Source: Botryllus schlosseri
Lineage: Eukaryota
Assembly (NCBI GenBank): GCA_051294905.1
Contig: CM119371.1
Coordinates: 24,678,001-24,742,000 of the forward strand
DNA length: 64,000 nt
Reading direction: 5' to 3'
Shown: positions 1 through 13,843 of the stretch, piece by piece
How positions within the stretch are numbered: the stretch's first letter is position 1
How the letters are laid out: every line of letters starts with the position of its first letter
Notes under the pieces: generated by a model
Databases searched by the model: none
Seen by the model: only the letters and a program-made list of their open reading frames with translations
What the model was told of the DNA's origin: nothing
Made by a program: the position numbers and the translations under genes

Positions 1-565
1 TCGAACACTGGCTTATTGGAGGCACGTTGTTATGCAGAATCTGACAAATCATAACAAAGAAAAACATCCATCACGATACATCAACCGTGAAAGCTTCAGA
101 ATTCCTATACTCAAGTGTAGGAGGTTTATCTAGGCTCCTCCTCTCCATATCATCGATGTATACGGTGTCTCATAAAAGTCAGCTATTAAATCCATAGCGG
201 CACACTTTCTATTGCGCTCTCACGACAGGCACCGGAAATTCCTCTGGACTTACTTTCCGTACGGAAGCAAAATAGCGGTGAAATAGCCATAGCGGCAGAC
301 TTCGCGAACAGTAAGCCGCTGTCTGAAAATAAACTCAGTAAACTAAGCGAGAAACAGTACCGTGTAAAACTGCGCGGCAACAATCGTGGCCGGGAAACAT
401 GCATCAGTGAATCCGCCTTTTGAGAAAATACGTAATGTATGTATGTATATTGGGGTTATGGTGCTTAGCAGCTACGGCCTTGTGCACCAGACCAAAGTTT
501 TGTAGGCATGTGTACTAAATTCTACTGCTACATAATAGTTGCCTCTCGGTGAGGAAAACATAGTC

Positions 566-2092
566 CAGTGGTTCCCAACCTTTTTCATCTCGTGCCTCCC
601 TTGGCCGAAATTTGAGCCAAAATTCCCCCCTTAGGAGAAATCTGCCCGATGATTAAAAAAGGTCAATTTTTACTGCGCAATCACCTGTTGACTGAAGAAT
701 AAGACGGGAGTTACGTAGTGTCTGTTTCTAGCAGGGCTGTAACAACACTTTGTAGACCTCCAAAAACAATGGTCTTGCTCCCAATCAAACAAATTCTGGA
801 AGGCTTGACTCAACAGACCCCCATACTTCCATTTGTGTTTTCGACTTATCATGCACCAATCGCTAATATAACTGCTGTGAAAAATCAGTATGCATAAATT
901 TGCTGGTCTCGCGATTTTTTCTCAAGTGTGCGTATGCATTTGGCTAATAATATTGGTATATTCATATATATCAGGATGGACCACACTCGAGTCGGACAGA
1001 AAATGCCGACTCGACTCGACTAACACAATCTGTGTATTGACTCGACTTGGAGTCATTGTACATGACTCGAACCAAACCATATGACTCGTGACTATAAGAC
1101 GGCCAAGACCAACATTTCATTGTAATTTTGAAGAACAGTAAAGTGGCCTTCCTATTGGAATTTCGTCTATTGGTCCTGGTACTTGAGAATGCGACAATAA
1201 ACTGCTCAAAGTGAGGAAAATTAGTATATTATAAATCAAAATCATTCAATATCACCAAACAGGGTTATAAAAAGTGAGTTTAACAAGACTTTAACTGGAA
1301 ACTGAGCAGTCAACACAAGGAATTGGACTCGGACTCGAGTCATAATACCATAACTTGGACTCGACCCTATGCTCGGTGACTTGGACCGTCGGTCTTGACT
1401 CAATGGTGAATTGTAAATGAATAGACTTGACTAGAGTCAAAACTATGAAAGTGAAATTGACTTGTCACTCGGAGCCTCGTGACTTGGTTACAGCCCTGAT
1501 ATATACCCTGATATATAACATACACGTGATCAGATTTCCTGCTTGAGCTCATTGAAATTTAGGACACTCATTCGGTTTCGGCAACATTGCACCAAGTTTA
1601 ACATGCATTTTTTCGATCGAGTTGCTGTTCAGTGTTCACTAAAAATAAAGCAAGGCTAGCGATCTCTTTGACTTGAATCGATGACGTTGGAATATTTTGT
1701 CACTTTATGAAAATGTTGACATGAAAATATAAGATAAATACTTTCGTTAGAGGCCTTGTTGTGATAGATTCGGCACGACATTTGCTCGCTTAGAATATAT
1801 TTGATTGAGAGGCCGTCGCTGGCCTACAAAATTGTCTTGCGAACTGCAGCACATCTGAACTAGTTCCAAAAAAAGGGGCGAACTTGTATGGGAGAAAGAG
1901 ATTTCAAATAGCATTTGAACATACTTTCAGCAAAAAACAGCTATAAGGAGCATACGCTCTGATGTAACTGGTTGCCAACATAACATTTCGGACATGAACG
2001 GAAATCCGTTACAATTTTGAAGTGGAATTCCTCCCTAAAAACCGCAAAATTCCCCCCCAAGGGGGGAATTCCTCCCCGGTTGGGAACCACTG
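566..2092. mobile_element. Non-autonomous hAT (Charlie/Buster-type) element inserted in the LINE 3' end
   Basis: TIRs CAGTGGTTCCCAACC / GGTTGGGAACCACTG; perfect 8-bp TSD ACATAGTC (558-565, 2093-2100). Confidence 0.9.
972..1498. mobile_element. GACTCGAGTC-rich hAT MITE nested in the 566-2092 element
   Basis: Homologous to 20694-21263 and 35195-35744; ends GGTTACAGCCCTG; flanked by ATATATAT / ATATATAC. Confidence 0.8.
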
Positions 2093-5000
2093 ACATAGTC
2101 AATCACAGGCAAAATTGTGTAAGGATTGCCGAGAAGTGACACAATGTCTATAGGCACATGGTTTCGTAGTGCTATGTCCTTAAGATGGTTACGCTGTGAG
2201 CTATATCGAGAACATTGTAGCAAGTAATGCTCAACCGTCTCTATAACGCCACATGTTGCACATCGTCGTGACATCCAATTCTATGTAAGTGCCCGTTGAG
2301 TTTGCAATGCCCAGTCTGAAGTCGTAACAAGATTGCTGTTTCCCTTCTTGATAGTCCCAGTGGCTGCGAAATATCATGTGCGGCGTGAATTCGTTTGTAG
2401 ATATTTTCGGAATCATTCGTTTCAAATTCGTTTTTCCATCTTTCGTGAGTCAGTTCTTTGATAGTTATTTTGGCCTCTGGTAGGGAGAGTGGGATGTCAC
2501 TGGATGATCGTTGTGTTGGAAACGTAGCCGCTTCCTTGGCGTGTTTATCGGCTATACCGTTGAATCCAATCCCGCAGTGACCTGGAATCCAAATAAATGT
2601 GATATTTATCCCACAACGATCAAGATATCTGCACGAAATTAAAATATCATCGACTATAGCGCGTGCATTACTGGTTTTACGAGTTTTGAGCATAGTTAAG
2701 GCGCTCAAACTATCTGATAAAACTGCAATGCCGCAGGTCTGTATAGATCATCGGCGCACGACATCAATTATCCCATTAAGACTCTCGTTTATAGCGACTA
2801 CTTCTGCTGTTAGGATCGATATTCTGATATTAAGGGAGGATTCATGCGAAAACTCGAATGATTTAATATCAAAACCGGCGCCACAGCCATTTACAGGCTT
2901 TGAACCGTTGGTATAGACGTGTAATCTATCCCTGTAGTTTGCGTATATATATTCTTCACTAGTTTGTTTGATGATTTCCGGGTGATCTGATTTCTTGATT
3001 TCCCGTGAAAGACCTATGTCTACAGTACATCCAGGATTTTCCCAAGGGGCCATAGTCGATGGTATTATTTTCTCAATGTGGAGATCTACGAACCCGTTTC
3101 TTCTAAGCATATTAAACGTAATAAAATTATCAGAATCTGGGAAGATTTCTTGCCAGGCGTCTTCGACCAGGGCTTCACAAGGGTTGTTATTTTGCGACTG
3201 TATTGATGCGTGGAAATTCATTCATGCCTGGTAATGTCTTAAATGTATTGGTGCTTCGCCACACGAATGCTGAAGCGCGTATACGGGTGTCGAAGCCATA
3301 GCTCCCGTGCATATCCTAAGAGCTGCATTTTGTATCTTCTGGATACCCTGTGCCACGGACTTTGTGGACATCAAATATGCTTCGAAACCATACTCTATGA
3401 GTGGGCGTATTAGCGTTGTATACAGTGTAAGCAGGCATGACATTGAGGCACCCCACGTCGTCCCGCACAATACTCGTAAGACGTTTAGTCGTTTTGCGCA
3501 ACGTTCTGTTACCAAACGAGAATGTGTTTTGTAGTTGAGTCGAGAGTCAAAAGTGATACCTAGATATTTATGTTCCTTGTGTACTGGTAGAGTCGCGTTA
3601 TCGATTGTTAGACACACTTCCGGCACCTTACGCCGTCTGGTAAAAATGATAGCCTCGGACTTGTTAACATTCACTCTAAGGCCCCATTTTTGGCACCAAA
3701 CAGATATTTCAGTTAACTAGGATTGTAGCGTGTTCAAAATACTAGGAATCTGTAGTCCAGACTCCCATACGCAAGCGTCATCCGCATATAGATTAATGTT
3801 TGACGCAATATTCTCGGGAAGGTCATTTATCAGTATCGAAAAAAGTAAAGGACTCATTACACTGCCTTGTGGCGTTCCATTATCGAGGACAAATTTATTT
3901 GAAAGGATTGATCCAATACGCACTTGGAAGGTGCGGTCTGATAGGAAAGAGCATATCCACTCGAAGATATTTCCCGACAACCCGATCTTACGTAATTTGA
4001 TTATAAGCGATTCTCGCCAGACGCGATCGTAAGCCTTCTCGAGATCTAGAAAAACTGCGGCAACCGTTCTCCTGTTCCATATCGATTTGTACACATCATC
4101 GTGCAACGACAATATACTATGTCTGGTCGATCTACCTCTGCGAAAACCGCTTTGAGACACATGTATAATGTTATTTGTTTCTAGCCACCATTGTAATCGG
4201 TTGGCGATCATGCGCTCCATTATCTTGCACAGATTGCTCGTTAGGGATGCAGGTCTGTATGACTGAGATTTTTCTGGTGGTTTCCCCGATTTGAGTATTG
4301 GGATGACGATGGCATGATTCTATGCTTCTGGACAGTGACCCCTCATCCACAATTTGTTCAAGGCTTCGAGTAGTGTGCCTAGACAGTCATCTGGAAGCGT
4401 CGATATCATCTTGTAGCATATTCTGTCACAGACAGGTGATGTATTCCGTCTTTTTTTCAGAATAATAGTGAGTTCATTCAACGTGAACGGTCGGTTAATG
4501 CCCATTTCTTCAAGGGGCCGGTGATATGGTATGCCGTCGCTGATCCGAGATTCATTTTGCACGCCTTCTCTTCTTCGGTCAGATTACTATTACTGCTTAT
4601 TGCAGAAAATGTTCTGCCTAGTTCGTTGGCCTTGTCTGTCTGATCTGTCAGTTCGATGTGGTCATCAGTTTTAATAACACGGATCTGATTCCATGTTGTA
4701 TCTCCAGACATTGCCTTAATGCATCTCCAGACATTCGCAAGCTTAGTGTTGTTATCTAATGAATTGCAGAAAAACCTCCAATGTGATCGTTTCGCAGACA
4801 AAATACATTTTCTTGCGGCTGATCTTCTTTGCTTGAAGAGTATGATGTCATCCATGTTGAAAGTTATTCTCATTTTCTTGAAGGCCGCTCGTTTAAGTCG
4901 AACAGCTTTTGCGCATTCCTTATTCCACCAAGGGACCATCGTTTTCGACGAGGGTTTGGTGACTGGTATCGTTGCAGAGGCCGCTTCAATGATTGCCTTT

Positions 5001-5307
5001 GATATCTTTTCAACGGCTGACATTTCTGTGATAACGACGAAATGGTCACTTCCCAAAAGTCTGTCCGTAACCTTCGTTGTCGCACGATGGGCAATGTCAT
5101 TGGAGACCAGCACCAGATCTAATAGCGTCATTCTTCCAGTGTTTGTATGAGAGATATCGAGTCTGGTTGGCTGGGTCGTGTTAGTAACCACGAGGTCCAT
5201 GTTTCGAATAACATGATAAATATGTCTGCCTGTTGTATTCATATTTCGACTTCCCCACATTGGGTGATGTGCGTTGAGATCCCCAACCACTATGGATTTG
5301 TTATCAC

Positions 5308-6129
5308 TAGCGAGGTTTTTTTTTTTGACCTAAAAAAAAGAAAATTTTGACCTAAAAATTCAAAATTTTGACTTTTTTTGACCTAAAAAAAATGAATTTT
5401 GACCAAATTTTGACCTAACGTATGCAAATTAGGTGTTTTCCCAAATAATATCAAAATTGTACCAGTTATCTACATTTCCGGTTGTAACTGGCTGTGCCAA
5501 CGTAGTAGTTTGGCCTGAAAAAAAGCTTTTGGCTTAGAAACAGGAAACTTTGTACATATAAAAAACAATATTTTAACGAAATCTGGCTCTATGAAGAATT
5601 CCAGTGGTTGCAATACGTATTATGGTGGAAATAATTTTAAAAAATTGTAGTACAACGAGAGATACTTTCCTATATTCTTGGGCAAAAAGTGCATGTCCTT
5701 ACTTGCCAAGGACGTTCAACAGCAGCAGTTGTTGGCTTACAACACTCAAGTTGTGCAATGTGCATACACTACTGGTGACGCACCATGTTGCTTCGTTCTG
5801 ACAATGTTGTCTATTACAATTTTTCATCATGCGCTTCTCAATATAAGAATGATGCCCCAGTTAGGATATTGCGGTACGTTGACCATTGACCGTTGATGAT
5901 TCAGTATGAGCAGACAATGCGCCGTTTACAACAGTAGGCCTATAAAGTAGACTACAAGCTGTAAAATATCAAATGATACGTTCACAGACAGTGCAAAATC
6001 TACGATACAAACGAAATAAAGACGTCAAAACAATTTTGACTTTATGAACAATTTTGACTAATTTTGACCTAACGCTACAATTTTGACAAAATTTTGACAA
6101 ATTTTGACATGTCAAAAAAAACCGCCCTA
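5308..6129. mobile_element. hAT MITE inserted in the LINE APE domain
   Basis: Imperfect TIR TAGCGAGGTTTTT..TGAC / GTCAAAAAAAACCGCCCTA; subterminal TTTTGAC arrays; perfect TSD GTTATCAC (5300-5307, 6130-6137). Confidence 0.88.
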
Positions 6130-6491
6130 GTTATCACATATTTGGAAACATCGGATGCACTGGGAACGGGATAATCTTCTGTTAGGCGGAATATATACAT
6201 TCATGACGATTGTATCGGCTATTTTTATTGCCTGTGCTTCTATCGGCTGGACTGCAGGCAATGATACTTCGCAAAACGGAATGCTGTTCTTAATAAACAT
6301 ACACACCCCTCCACCGTGAATGTCTCTGTCTTTTCTTATTAACGTGTACTGGGAAAATCGTGGGTTATATTTACTAATCAGATGCGTTTCTTGTAATGCT
6401 ATGATGTCAGGTAGTTTTTCTAGGCTCTCTATGTATTGCTTCAGTTCATTTATTTTCCTGTATACTCCACGACAGTTCCATTGACATATAA

Positions 6492-7959
6492 TTAGGGGTT
6501 TGAAGGTGTACCATAAGTCAGGTCCATAGCATCGTTGGAGTGTTGCGGACTTTGCGAGGTCAATGCATCCGTACGATCGCGGTTATTGCTCGTCTCAGGA
6601 GCATTCACCAATGGATTTCTATATTCTGCGGTTGATGCATTTGTATCGATAGTGATACTTTGGCTCGGTCCGGTGCGATTTTTTGATGAGGTCATTCTTA
6701 ATCGACGTCTACTGGCTGCATTTTCCGCTTCCGTTTCAGGTTTATCATTGGGGTTGGATGTCTGACTATTCCTAGAGTTTGATTCAGCACCAAAAACCGT
6801 AAAACCAAGTTTATCTCCAGCCGACTTTCTGACTATTTCTTCAATGTTTATTTCCTTTTGTTCAGAGAAAGCCAGTAGAGTATTTTTCATCACTTCAGCT
6901 ATGAACGTGAAAAATGTTTCCGTTGTAATAGTGATCTGTTTGTTGGACGCCGAGATGATATTGGGGTCTGTTCCAGGCCGTTCACTGATCGGGTTATTGT
7001 TGGTTTGGTGCAAGGAAGGGTGTTGCGGTAACGGCGGGTAGGAGAGGGGGTTCAGATATATATTCTCATACGGAGTGTTTGTGTGTGTGGTAGCGGTTTG
7101 CAAGTTGTTTGCATGCAAGGTCTGGTCCTGTTGTTGCGACATTTGTCTAGCAGTCCAGTAATCAACATTCGAGTTTGCCATAATGTATTGGATACGAGCT
7201 TCTTTTCTATATCTATCGCATCCCGCATAACCCGCCGAGTGAGGACCTCCACAATTCACACACGCCACTAAATTTACACATTGATCTGTTTTGTGATTTC
7301 GACCACATCGAGTACATCTTTGCGAACTACGGCAATGTTTGGCGCGGTGCCCGTACCTATTGCAATTAAAGCAGCGAACCGGCGGGGGGTTATAAATGCG
7401 AACACGGAAATTAAGAAATCCAATTGTGACCACCGTGGGTAAGTGTGCAGCAGAAAAACATAGCAGGACTGAGCGACTGGGAACGGTATCCCCATTAGCG
7501 CGGTAACTGAATCGCTTTACGTAGATGACATGATAATTAGCGAGCTCTGTCTGGATATCATCGTTCGTTAGATCCAATGGTATGTCCGAAATCACGCCGC
7601 GAACCTCGATTGCCTTAGTCTTATAAAGTTCTGATTTCACCTCAATCTTTTTACCCTTATCCCCTAGGTCATCACAGGCCAGAAGCTTGGTAACTTGATT
7701 ATAGTTAGCACATCTAACACATAGATCTCCAGATGGGAGTACTTTGATTTCGGAATACTGTCCGCCCAGAACTCTAATCAAGTTTTTATTCACTACCCAA
7801 AGGGCTGTGGGTCCTCATTGCTTTGTTGACACCTTTAGCAATAACAGATATAACCCTTGAGTTATGTTCACTCATTTCAGCGGGTGGTTTATCCTTGGAA
7901 GAAGGGCCCTGCGGAGAATCTGAGCCGGGACGCTTAGGCGCCCCGCTCCTATGGGACAT
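6492..7959 (-). pseudogene. LINE ORF1, gag-like nucleic-acid-binding protein with three CCHC zinc knuckles
   Basis: ORF 6492-7793 contains CFNCNRYGHRAKHC, CTRCGRNHKTDQC and CVNCGGPHSAGYAGC. An upstream ATG at 7959 (MSHRSGAPKR...) joins it after a one-base frameshift near 7800. Confidence 0.9.
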
Positions 7960-9615
7960 AACGACGACTTGTCTTATGCTACAATTATCTGTATCTCACT
8001 TCACTATTACACTATAATACAATGGAACAAGCACACCTGAGTCGTACGTGTAGAACTCAAACCTCTTCGACGTACTCCGATAGCGTGTAATTTCCCTTGA
8101 TTGACGATACGTCCTTCCGCGACGACGTTCACCTCACGAGTGCGCCTACTTGTGGTCGAAGCCTGTATGTTTTCATGTACATGTACATGCTTATTTTTGC
8201 AAGCAGTTTCTAATGCAACATGTGTAGCCTACCAATTCTTCTTCACATGCTTGAATTGATTTTACCATGCAATAAAAGAGTTTTCATGAGCAAGTCGGTG
8301 ATTTCTCACTACTTAGCCTACTTCTGCGATCGGTGGGTAACTGCATCTGCAACGACGTCTCTTTTGACTTACTCGCGGTAAGGTAATGACTTGGCCTGTT
8401 ATACGAATGCATTCAGCTTATGTGAGGCGAGGCGTCTGGTAGCGAGAATCAAAATCGTACATAAAGGTGAAATTCAGTTTGACGGCCATCGGCCTGTTGG
8501 CTCTTGCAAGCGAAATGTACCAGATAAGGCCGTGAATATAGTAGGCCCCGGGTTCACACTATTCCTACTATTTTGCCGTTCTGCGATAGCTCTTCACTTC
8601 ATACATTCCAGCACTTAACGCACAAGTTTGCGGGGGGTTATAAACCGGGTGCTATTGGACCAATTACTATTTATAATTGACCACCAGCCGTTATTTTGAT
8701 GTTAGAAAAATTGTGTCGAAATTTACTTATCATATATACGATCCTAAAGGTCTCTGACCGGCCGAACTCAAGATTAATATTTTTCTGGCATCTCAGCGTT
8801 CATTTAATCTACAAGAATTATCGTTCCCGATTTTTAGAAGCGGCCTTGAACGGCTAGAGAAATAACTAATGTCATTCATTGTAGCATTTATTTGCAGAAA
8901 TTGACCATAACTCTTCATAGAATCCAACAGAAACTGTCGTTAATTATATTTTTGCGGCATATTTGACTTCGAAGGTCAATCAGTGCCGCATGAAGACTAC
9001 TTTGGAGCCGCATACGGCTCTGAGAGCCTCGGTTGGGAATCACTGGTCTAAATGGACAATGTATAGGCGCAATATTTAGTTCTTTACAGGACAAATCATT
9101 TCAATACACAAACTTTCATTTGAACATGGATTATTTGTTATTTTGGAATTGTATGCACTCCAACGTCCATAACACAAGGAGGATCGCCAAGTGTGATTAC
9201 AATAATTTGCTGTTGAAATCATTATAGTTAGCCCCGAAACTGCATAGCTGGAAACTGTGCTATTTTCGCAATCTGATTTCGATATCACAATACAGGAATA
9301 ACATATAACATATTTCAAAAGAACTTGGCGAGGTGGAAGCGAAACGAGGTGGAGGATGAATGTTACAGCCATTGTAATTCTGGCCAAATCTTTAATGTTC
9401 CTCAATTACATAAAAAAAAACAGTTGCCTTTTTTCGAGATGAAATATAGCCTGCGAATAGGCTTACTCGTTAACGGAAATTCTTCGTTGTTGTTATGGAT
9501 CTATTAGATAATTTAAAATGCAGAGCTGCTCAATCCCACATTCATGTATGTACCTCCATCTAAATGTTCCGAGTTCGACATTGCATGCTACATCCAGCAA
9601 TGTATCTTTATATAG

Positions 9616-10238
9616 CAGTGATTTTTCATCGATGTTGCACGGAACATGAAGGGTTCCATGAGCCAGTTTCAGTGTTTTCGCGTAGGTTAAGAAACACTGT
9701 CAACTAATGTATGATTTGTTATCATACTCCCGTCTTTACCATCATTGGCTGCTAATATTTATGCTCGATCAATTGACGAATTGTGATTTGTGGTGCGTCG
9801 TCACAGGGAAGATTTGGGTTGGAAATCGAAACCTCGGCCTTCTAAAATGCCAATTCTATCTCCCATATTTATAAGCTAATTTGGAATTAAGTAGTCGGTA
9901 TAACGCAGTTGGGTTACGACCGAACAATACGATGTCACTTTTTAGGGTGTAGCCTCGCGTTTTAGAACCGGTATCTGAAAGGGAACAGCAGAAGTCACAC
10001 TGATTTGCAAAAATATATTCATGGTTGCGTTTTCGTTTTGTGTGAAAATTATGTTGTAATGGTTTTGTTCTCAAGACTTATTCGCAGGCAATTACGTGCA
10101 CAAGTAATCTAGAGTGATGTGTTAGATGTGTAGTAGTGTAGATTTTCGATTTTATGACTCGGAGAATATTTGGAGTTCCGCAAAGGCTTGCGGACCAGCA
10201 TAAGTGTTTCGCGGGTTAGATAAGGACAAGAACCACTG
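9616..10238. mobile_element. Degenerate hAT MITE
   Basis: CAGTGATTTTT ... AAGAACCACTG termini; degenerate TA-centred TSD. Confidence 0.55.
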
Positions 10239-11452
10239 CTGTATAAGCAGCAAGGCTGAAATCAATTCACCGATACAATGTCATTAACTGTTGCAGTTTC
10301 CGAATATCTATCTATTCCGTCACAATGACTCCTGAAGCTATTGACCCTACGGAATTGCCAAAGTAAGAAACAAACAAGAGATATTTACATTAGGGCTAAA
10401 AATTATTGAGATGAAAAAAAACACAGGTATCACGAAGAAAATACATTTTATCCGTATCACAAGACATATCAAATATTGAAACTATGCTTACCATGAACAA
10501 TATAACAACACGCACTTGGTGATACTCGATACATAGTTAATATCAAATCAAATGGCGAAAGTACCTATACATAGATAAAATGAATATTACAATGTCCGAT
10601 AAACGGATCGGCCGAAAAAAGATTCGTCATATAGCAACAGGTATGGTCGTTTGCCGTTTTGAGAAAATATAAAACTTTTTGACATTACCAGCATGATGAC
10701 ATTCTTAACAAACGGGTTGAAATGTAAAATTACAGATTTTCCACTTCCAACATATAATCAATACGCTCAATCGTCGCAGTTTAAAGACTTCAGAGATCAA
10801 ATGCATAGTCTCAAACTGGCCAGTGACCACTCACCTTCTAGACACGCCTATGGAATACGATGGTCGGCGATTACAAATTAACGTAATTTTGGACCGTAAA
10901 TGCTTTTATTTTATATAATGGTTTGTATGTCGATTTATAATAATTTATTCTAGTTAGAATTGATCGACACATGGTATACAGGCATTATCACAGGTAACCT
11001 AACAATGCAATCATGTTACTGCCATTTCGCTATCTTGAAGGTTTTCAATCGCGCAAATGAGCATTTTATTATGATCAATGATCGGCGTTATTTCAGGACG
11101 TGCCGCATCCTTCTGTCATATTTTTATATAAACAGAGGAAGGCTGTCTGAGTAAACTGGTCTATACTGAATTCAAACAATACAACGCACAATTCCCATGA
11201 TCAAGCAGGGTGTAGGTACGTTGTTTACCAGAATTTATTTGTTCAATAAAGCGATAATGGTATAACGCAGCCGGTACTATGTGGCAGTGTGTTAGCTGTA
11301 AAAAGTGAAGAGAAGACGAGTGAATTGCTTGAAATATATCATCTCCGTCTAATGAGTTTTGGATGCTATTCACAGTTTCAGCTGCCGACTCCATAAGGAG
11401 ATTGTATCCGTAGTTTTTTTTCTATTATCAGGCATCATAGATTATAATTTGT

Positions 11453-11620
11453 GGGGGAGATAACGTAGTGATGAGCGTCAGGGTCATCTACAGCAGGTGG
11501 CCCGGGTTCGATTCCCGCCGTCTGAGGTTATTCTAGGCTCCTTGTTCCCCGTGTCGATGTTCTTATCGCGACAAAAAGCCAAGAATAAAATACCCGATAA
11601 AGAAAGAAGAAGAACAACGA
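11453..11620 (+). mobile_element. tRNA-derived SINE
   Basis: A-box-like GTAGTGATGAG, B box GGTTCGATTCCC, body resembling about 120-190, and a (GAA)n/A-rich tail. Confidence 0.65.
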
Positions 11621-12544
11621 ATACCTTCTAAAAATAAGCGATCGTCGTCGCACGGGTGTTTACTGTTGCTATGATGACATGTTGAATGTGTAGGATGAGG
11701 GACGATGTAATCATCATGAGCAGTGCACATTTTGAACAGTTGGGCCAGGAGTGTCTCTAAGATTACAAACGTATTGGATTCAGATGTTTGCTGTATTCAA
11801 ACAACAAAACGGACAATTCAAACAACCAGGCGGAATGTACGGTGCATTATGCCGGTTCAGTTACTAATTAACTAAAACAATAAAGGTTTAACGCAGCCCT
11901 TACTACCCGGTAATTATCATAGTTGAGTCAATTGCTCGACACTAAATATCAGTAGGCCTATTTGTTTTGCGGTGCTATTGATAGTTTTGTTATGAAGTAC
12001 ATTTCAGTTGACGACTCAGTGAGACGATTGTTTTCGTAGTTTATAGTTTTTTCAATCAGGTATCAGAGACTACAATTTGTGGTTTAGTGGCTGCTGAGTG
12101 AATTAACTGGTAATAATTGACAGTCAGGCAAACATTCAACTCATGTTCACTCACGTTAAACGTAGTTCATCTTTGTATGAATAATTTCAATGGGAGACAT
12201 TCACAAACCACTTGAGGCGCCAACACCTCGTCCTGTCGTCCGTAGTACACATAAACAAAACCGGGCTACTCATGTAGCTTGGTCGTCTTTATTCACTAGA
12301 AACCAGTTCTGCGACTGCCTGTTGGATTCGGATAACAGAAATAATCTCTTTGTATGTATGGCATATAAACATATATACGCGTGATGCATCTTAGAGCTAG
12401 TTGAGTTCAGTGCAATTTATGAATTACCAGGTTACTTCACGTACCGGTATTTCATTTCAAGAAAGTGACGTTTGAATATTAGCTGAGGCTGAGTGACATA
12501 TATTTCATTTTATAGACTGTATTATCATCGATCTACGTTATAAC

Positions 12545-13843
12545 ATGCCACGATATTGCTGTGTACCTGGTTGCAAGAATCGGAGAGGTGGCCATTTATT
12601 TCCTACGTCACCAGTGCAGCTGAGGAAATGGACAGTAGCAGTTAAGAGATCTGACCCAAAAACGAAACAACTTTGGACGCCTGATTTGAGTAAAGATATT
12701 GTTTGCTATGGTCATTTTCTTCCGAGCGATTATGAGCCGAAAATGAAACTTAAAAGACTGAAAAAGGAGGCAGTGCCAAGTGTCTTTGAACATGATAAAA
12801 AAGCACCACTAAAAACTGCCAGGAAGACGAACAATTCAAACCCATTCAAACCAGAGCCTACTGAAATAATTTATTCCGGAACACATAGCGACCAGGAATT
12901 GACAACAGACTCGGAACATGTGGGCATTCAGTGCCAACTGGGTGCTTCGATGCCAACTTTCAGTTTACAAAATATCAAGGATGACCAGAAAGCAGTGCAG
13001 TACTTCACTGGATTTGATGGCATCGAACAGTTTCTGTTTTTTAAGGACATTGTAATGTACGATTTGCATCGATTGGAGTACACCTGTACATTGCTTTCAA
13101 ATGAAGAACAAGTTTTTATGACACTGATCAAGTTACGACAAGCTCTTGATCATCAACTGCTGGGCTACATGTTTCATGTCTCAGAAGCAACAGTTTCCCG
13201 CATCATTAATGCTTGGATCAAGCATATGTACAGTCTATTGTCAAACTTACCGATTTGGCCTTCAAAACAAGTGATATTGGATACCATGCCAGATGATTTT
13301 AAAAAACTCTATCCATCAATAAGAGTAATTATTGACTCTACAGAAATCCCAATTGAGAAGCCATCTGACATCCATGCACAGTCCATTACATTCTCAACTT
13401 ACAAGAATAGGAATACCATGAAAGTATTAATAGGTATTACACCCAAGGGTGCTGTTTCCTTCATAAGTGACTGCTATGGTGGATCCGTTAGTGACCGCAG
13501 CATTATTGAGCAATCTACTTTGCTGGCCGACGCCAGAACAATGTTTGAAAAAGGCGACAGTATCATGGCTGATAAAGGATTCCTAGTGCAAGATTTGTTT
13601 GCACCATTCGATGTAAAAATCAACACCCCTACTTTGATGAAAGGCATGACTCGGCTCTCTCAGGAACAGCGGCTAGATGATTGCGCGATCTCTTCAAAAC
13701 GTGTGCACGTTGAAAGGGTTATTGGTTATGCAAACACATTCAAAATCATTTATAATGTATTGCCTTACAATCTCCTGCATTTGGGAAATGAAATAGTCTT
13801 TATCTGCTTCATGATAGTAAATTTTAGGAAAGGCATATTTTGA
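12545..13843 (+). CDS. THAP-domain, HTH and DDE (Harbinger/IS5-like, DDE_Tnp_4-type) transposase, 432 aa, open frame
   Basis: THAP: MPRYCCVPGC..FP..W..VCYGHF..AVPSVF. HTH: LIKLRQ..LGYMFHVSEATVSRII. Catalytic motifs: IIDSTE, MADKGF, RVHVERVIG. Confidence 0.93.
   Translation: MPRYCCVPGCKNRRGGHLFPTSPVQLRKWTVAVKRSDPKTKQLWTPDLSKDIVCYGHFLPSDYEPKMKLKRLKKEAVPSVFEHDKKAPLKTARKTNNSNPFKPEPTEIIYSGTHSDQELTTDSEHVGIQCQLGASMPTFSLQNIKDDQKAVQYFTGFDGIEQFLFFKDIVMYDLHRLEYTCTLLSNEEQVFMTLIKLRQALDHQLLGYMFHVSEATVSRIINAWIKHMYSLLSNLPIWPSKQVILDTMPDDFKKLYPSIRVIIDSTEIPIEKPSDIHAQSITFSTYKNRNTMKVLIGITPKGAVSFISDCYGGSVSDRSIIEQSTLLADARTMFEKGDSIMADKGFLVQDLFAPFDVKINTPTLMKGMTRLSQEQRLDDCAISSKRVHVERVIGYANTFKIIYNVLPYNLLHLGNEIVFICFMIVNFRKGIF

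Larger units (their letters stand above)
515..6490 (-). pseudogene. LINE ORF2 polyprotein (AP endonuclease, reverse transcriptase, RNase H, C-terminal zinc finger), disrupted
   Basis: APE motifs ICQWNCRG, IIALQET, VGDLNAHHPMWG and SDH. RT motifs QSGFRRGRS, FLDLEKAYD, GTPQGSVMSPLLF and LYADD. RNase H motifs VYTNGSK (expected D is N), SDSLSAL and WIPGHCGIGFNGIADKHAK. C-terminal CATCGVIETVEHYLLQC. Several stops and frameshifts. The frame resumes left of the MITE at 565 (DYVFLTERQLLCSSRI*). Confidence 0.92.
432..8163 (-). mobile_element. Full-length, decayed non-LTR retrotransposon (I-group, Nimb/I-like LINE): ORF1 gag plus ORF2 APE-RT-RNaseH-CCHC
   Basis: ORF1 with zinc knuckles is followed by ORF2 domains in canonical order. 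The short 3' UTR has a TGGTGC..GCACCA hairpin and a (TACA)n tail at about 432-450, and TGTATGT recurs at about 8164 (possible TSD). Two hAT MITEs interrupt the element. Both ends are approximate. Confidence 0.9.

Noticed and set aside
11460..11525. tRNA gene (also 29090-29166 on the minus strand)
   Set aside because: A and B boxes are present, but I could not build a convincing cloverleaf, and a SINE-like body follows.
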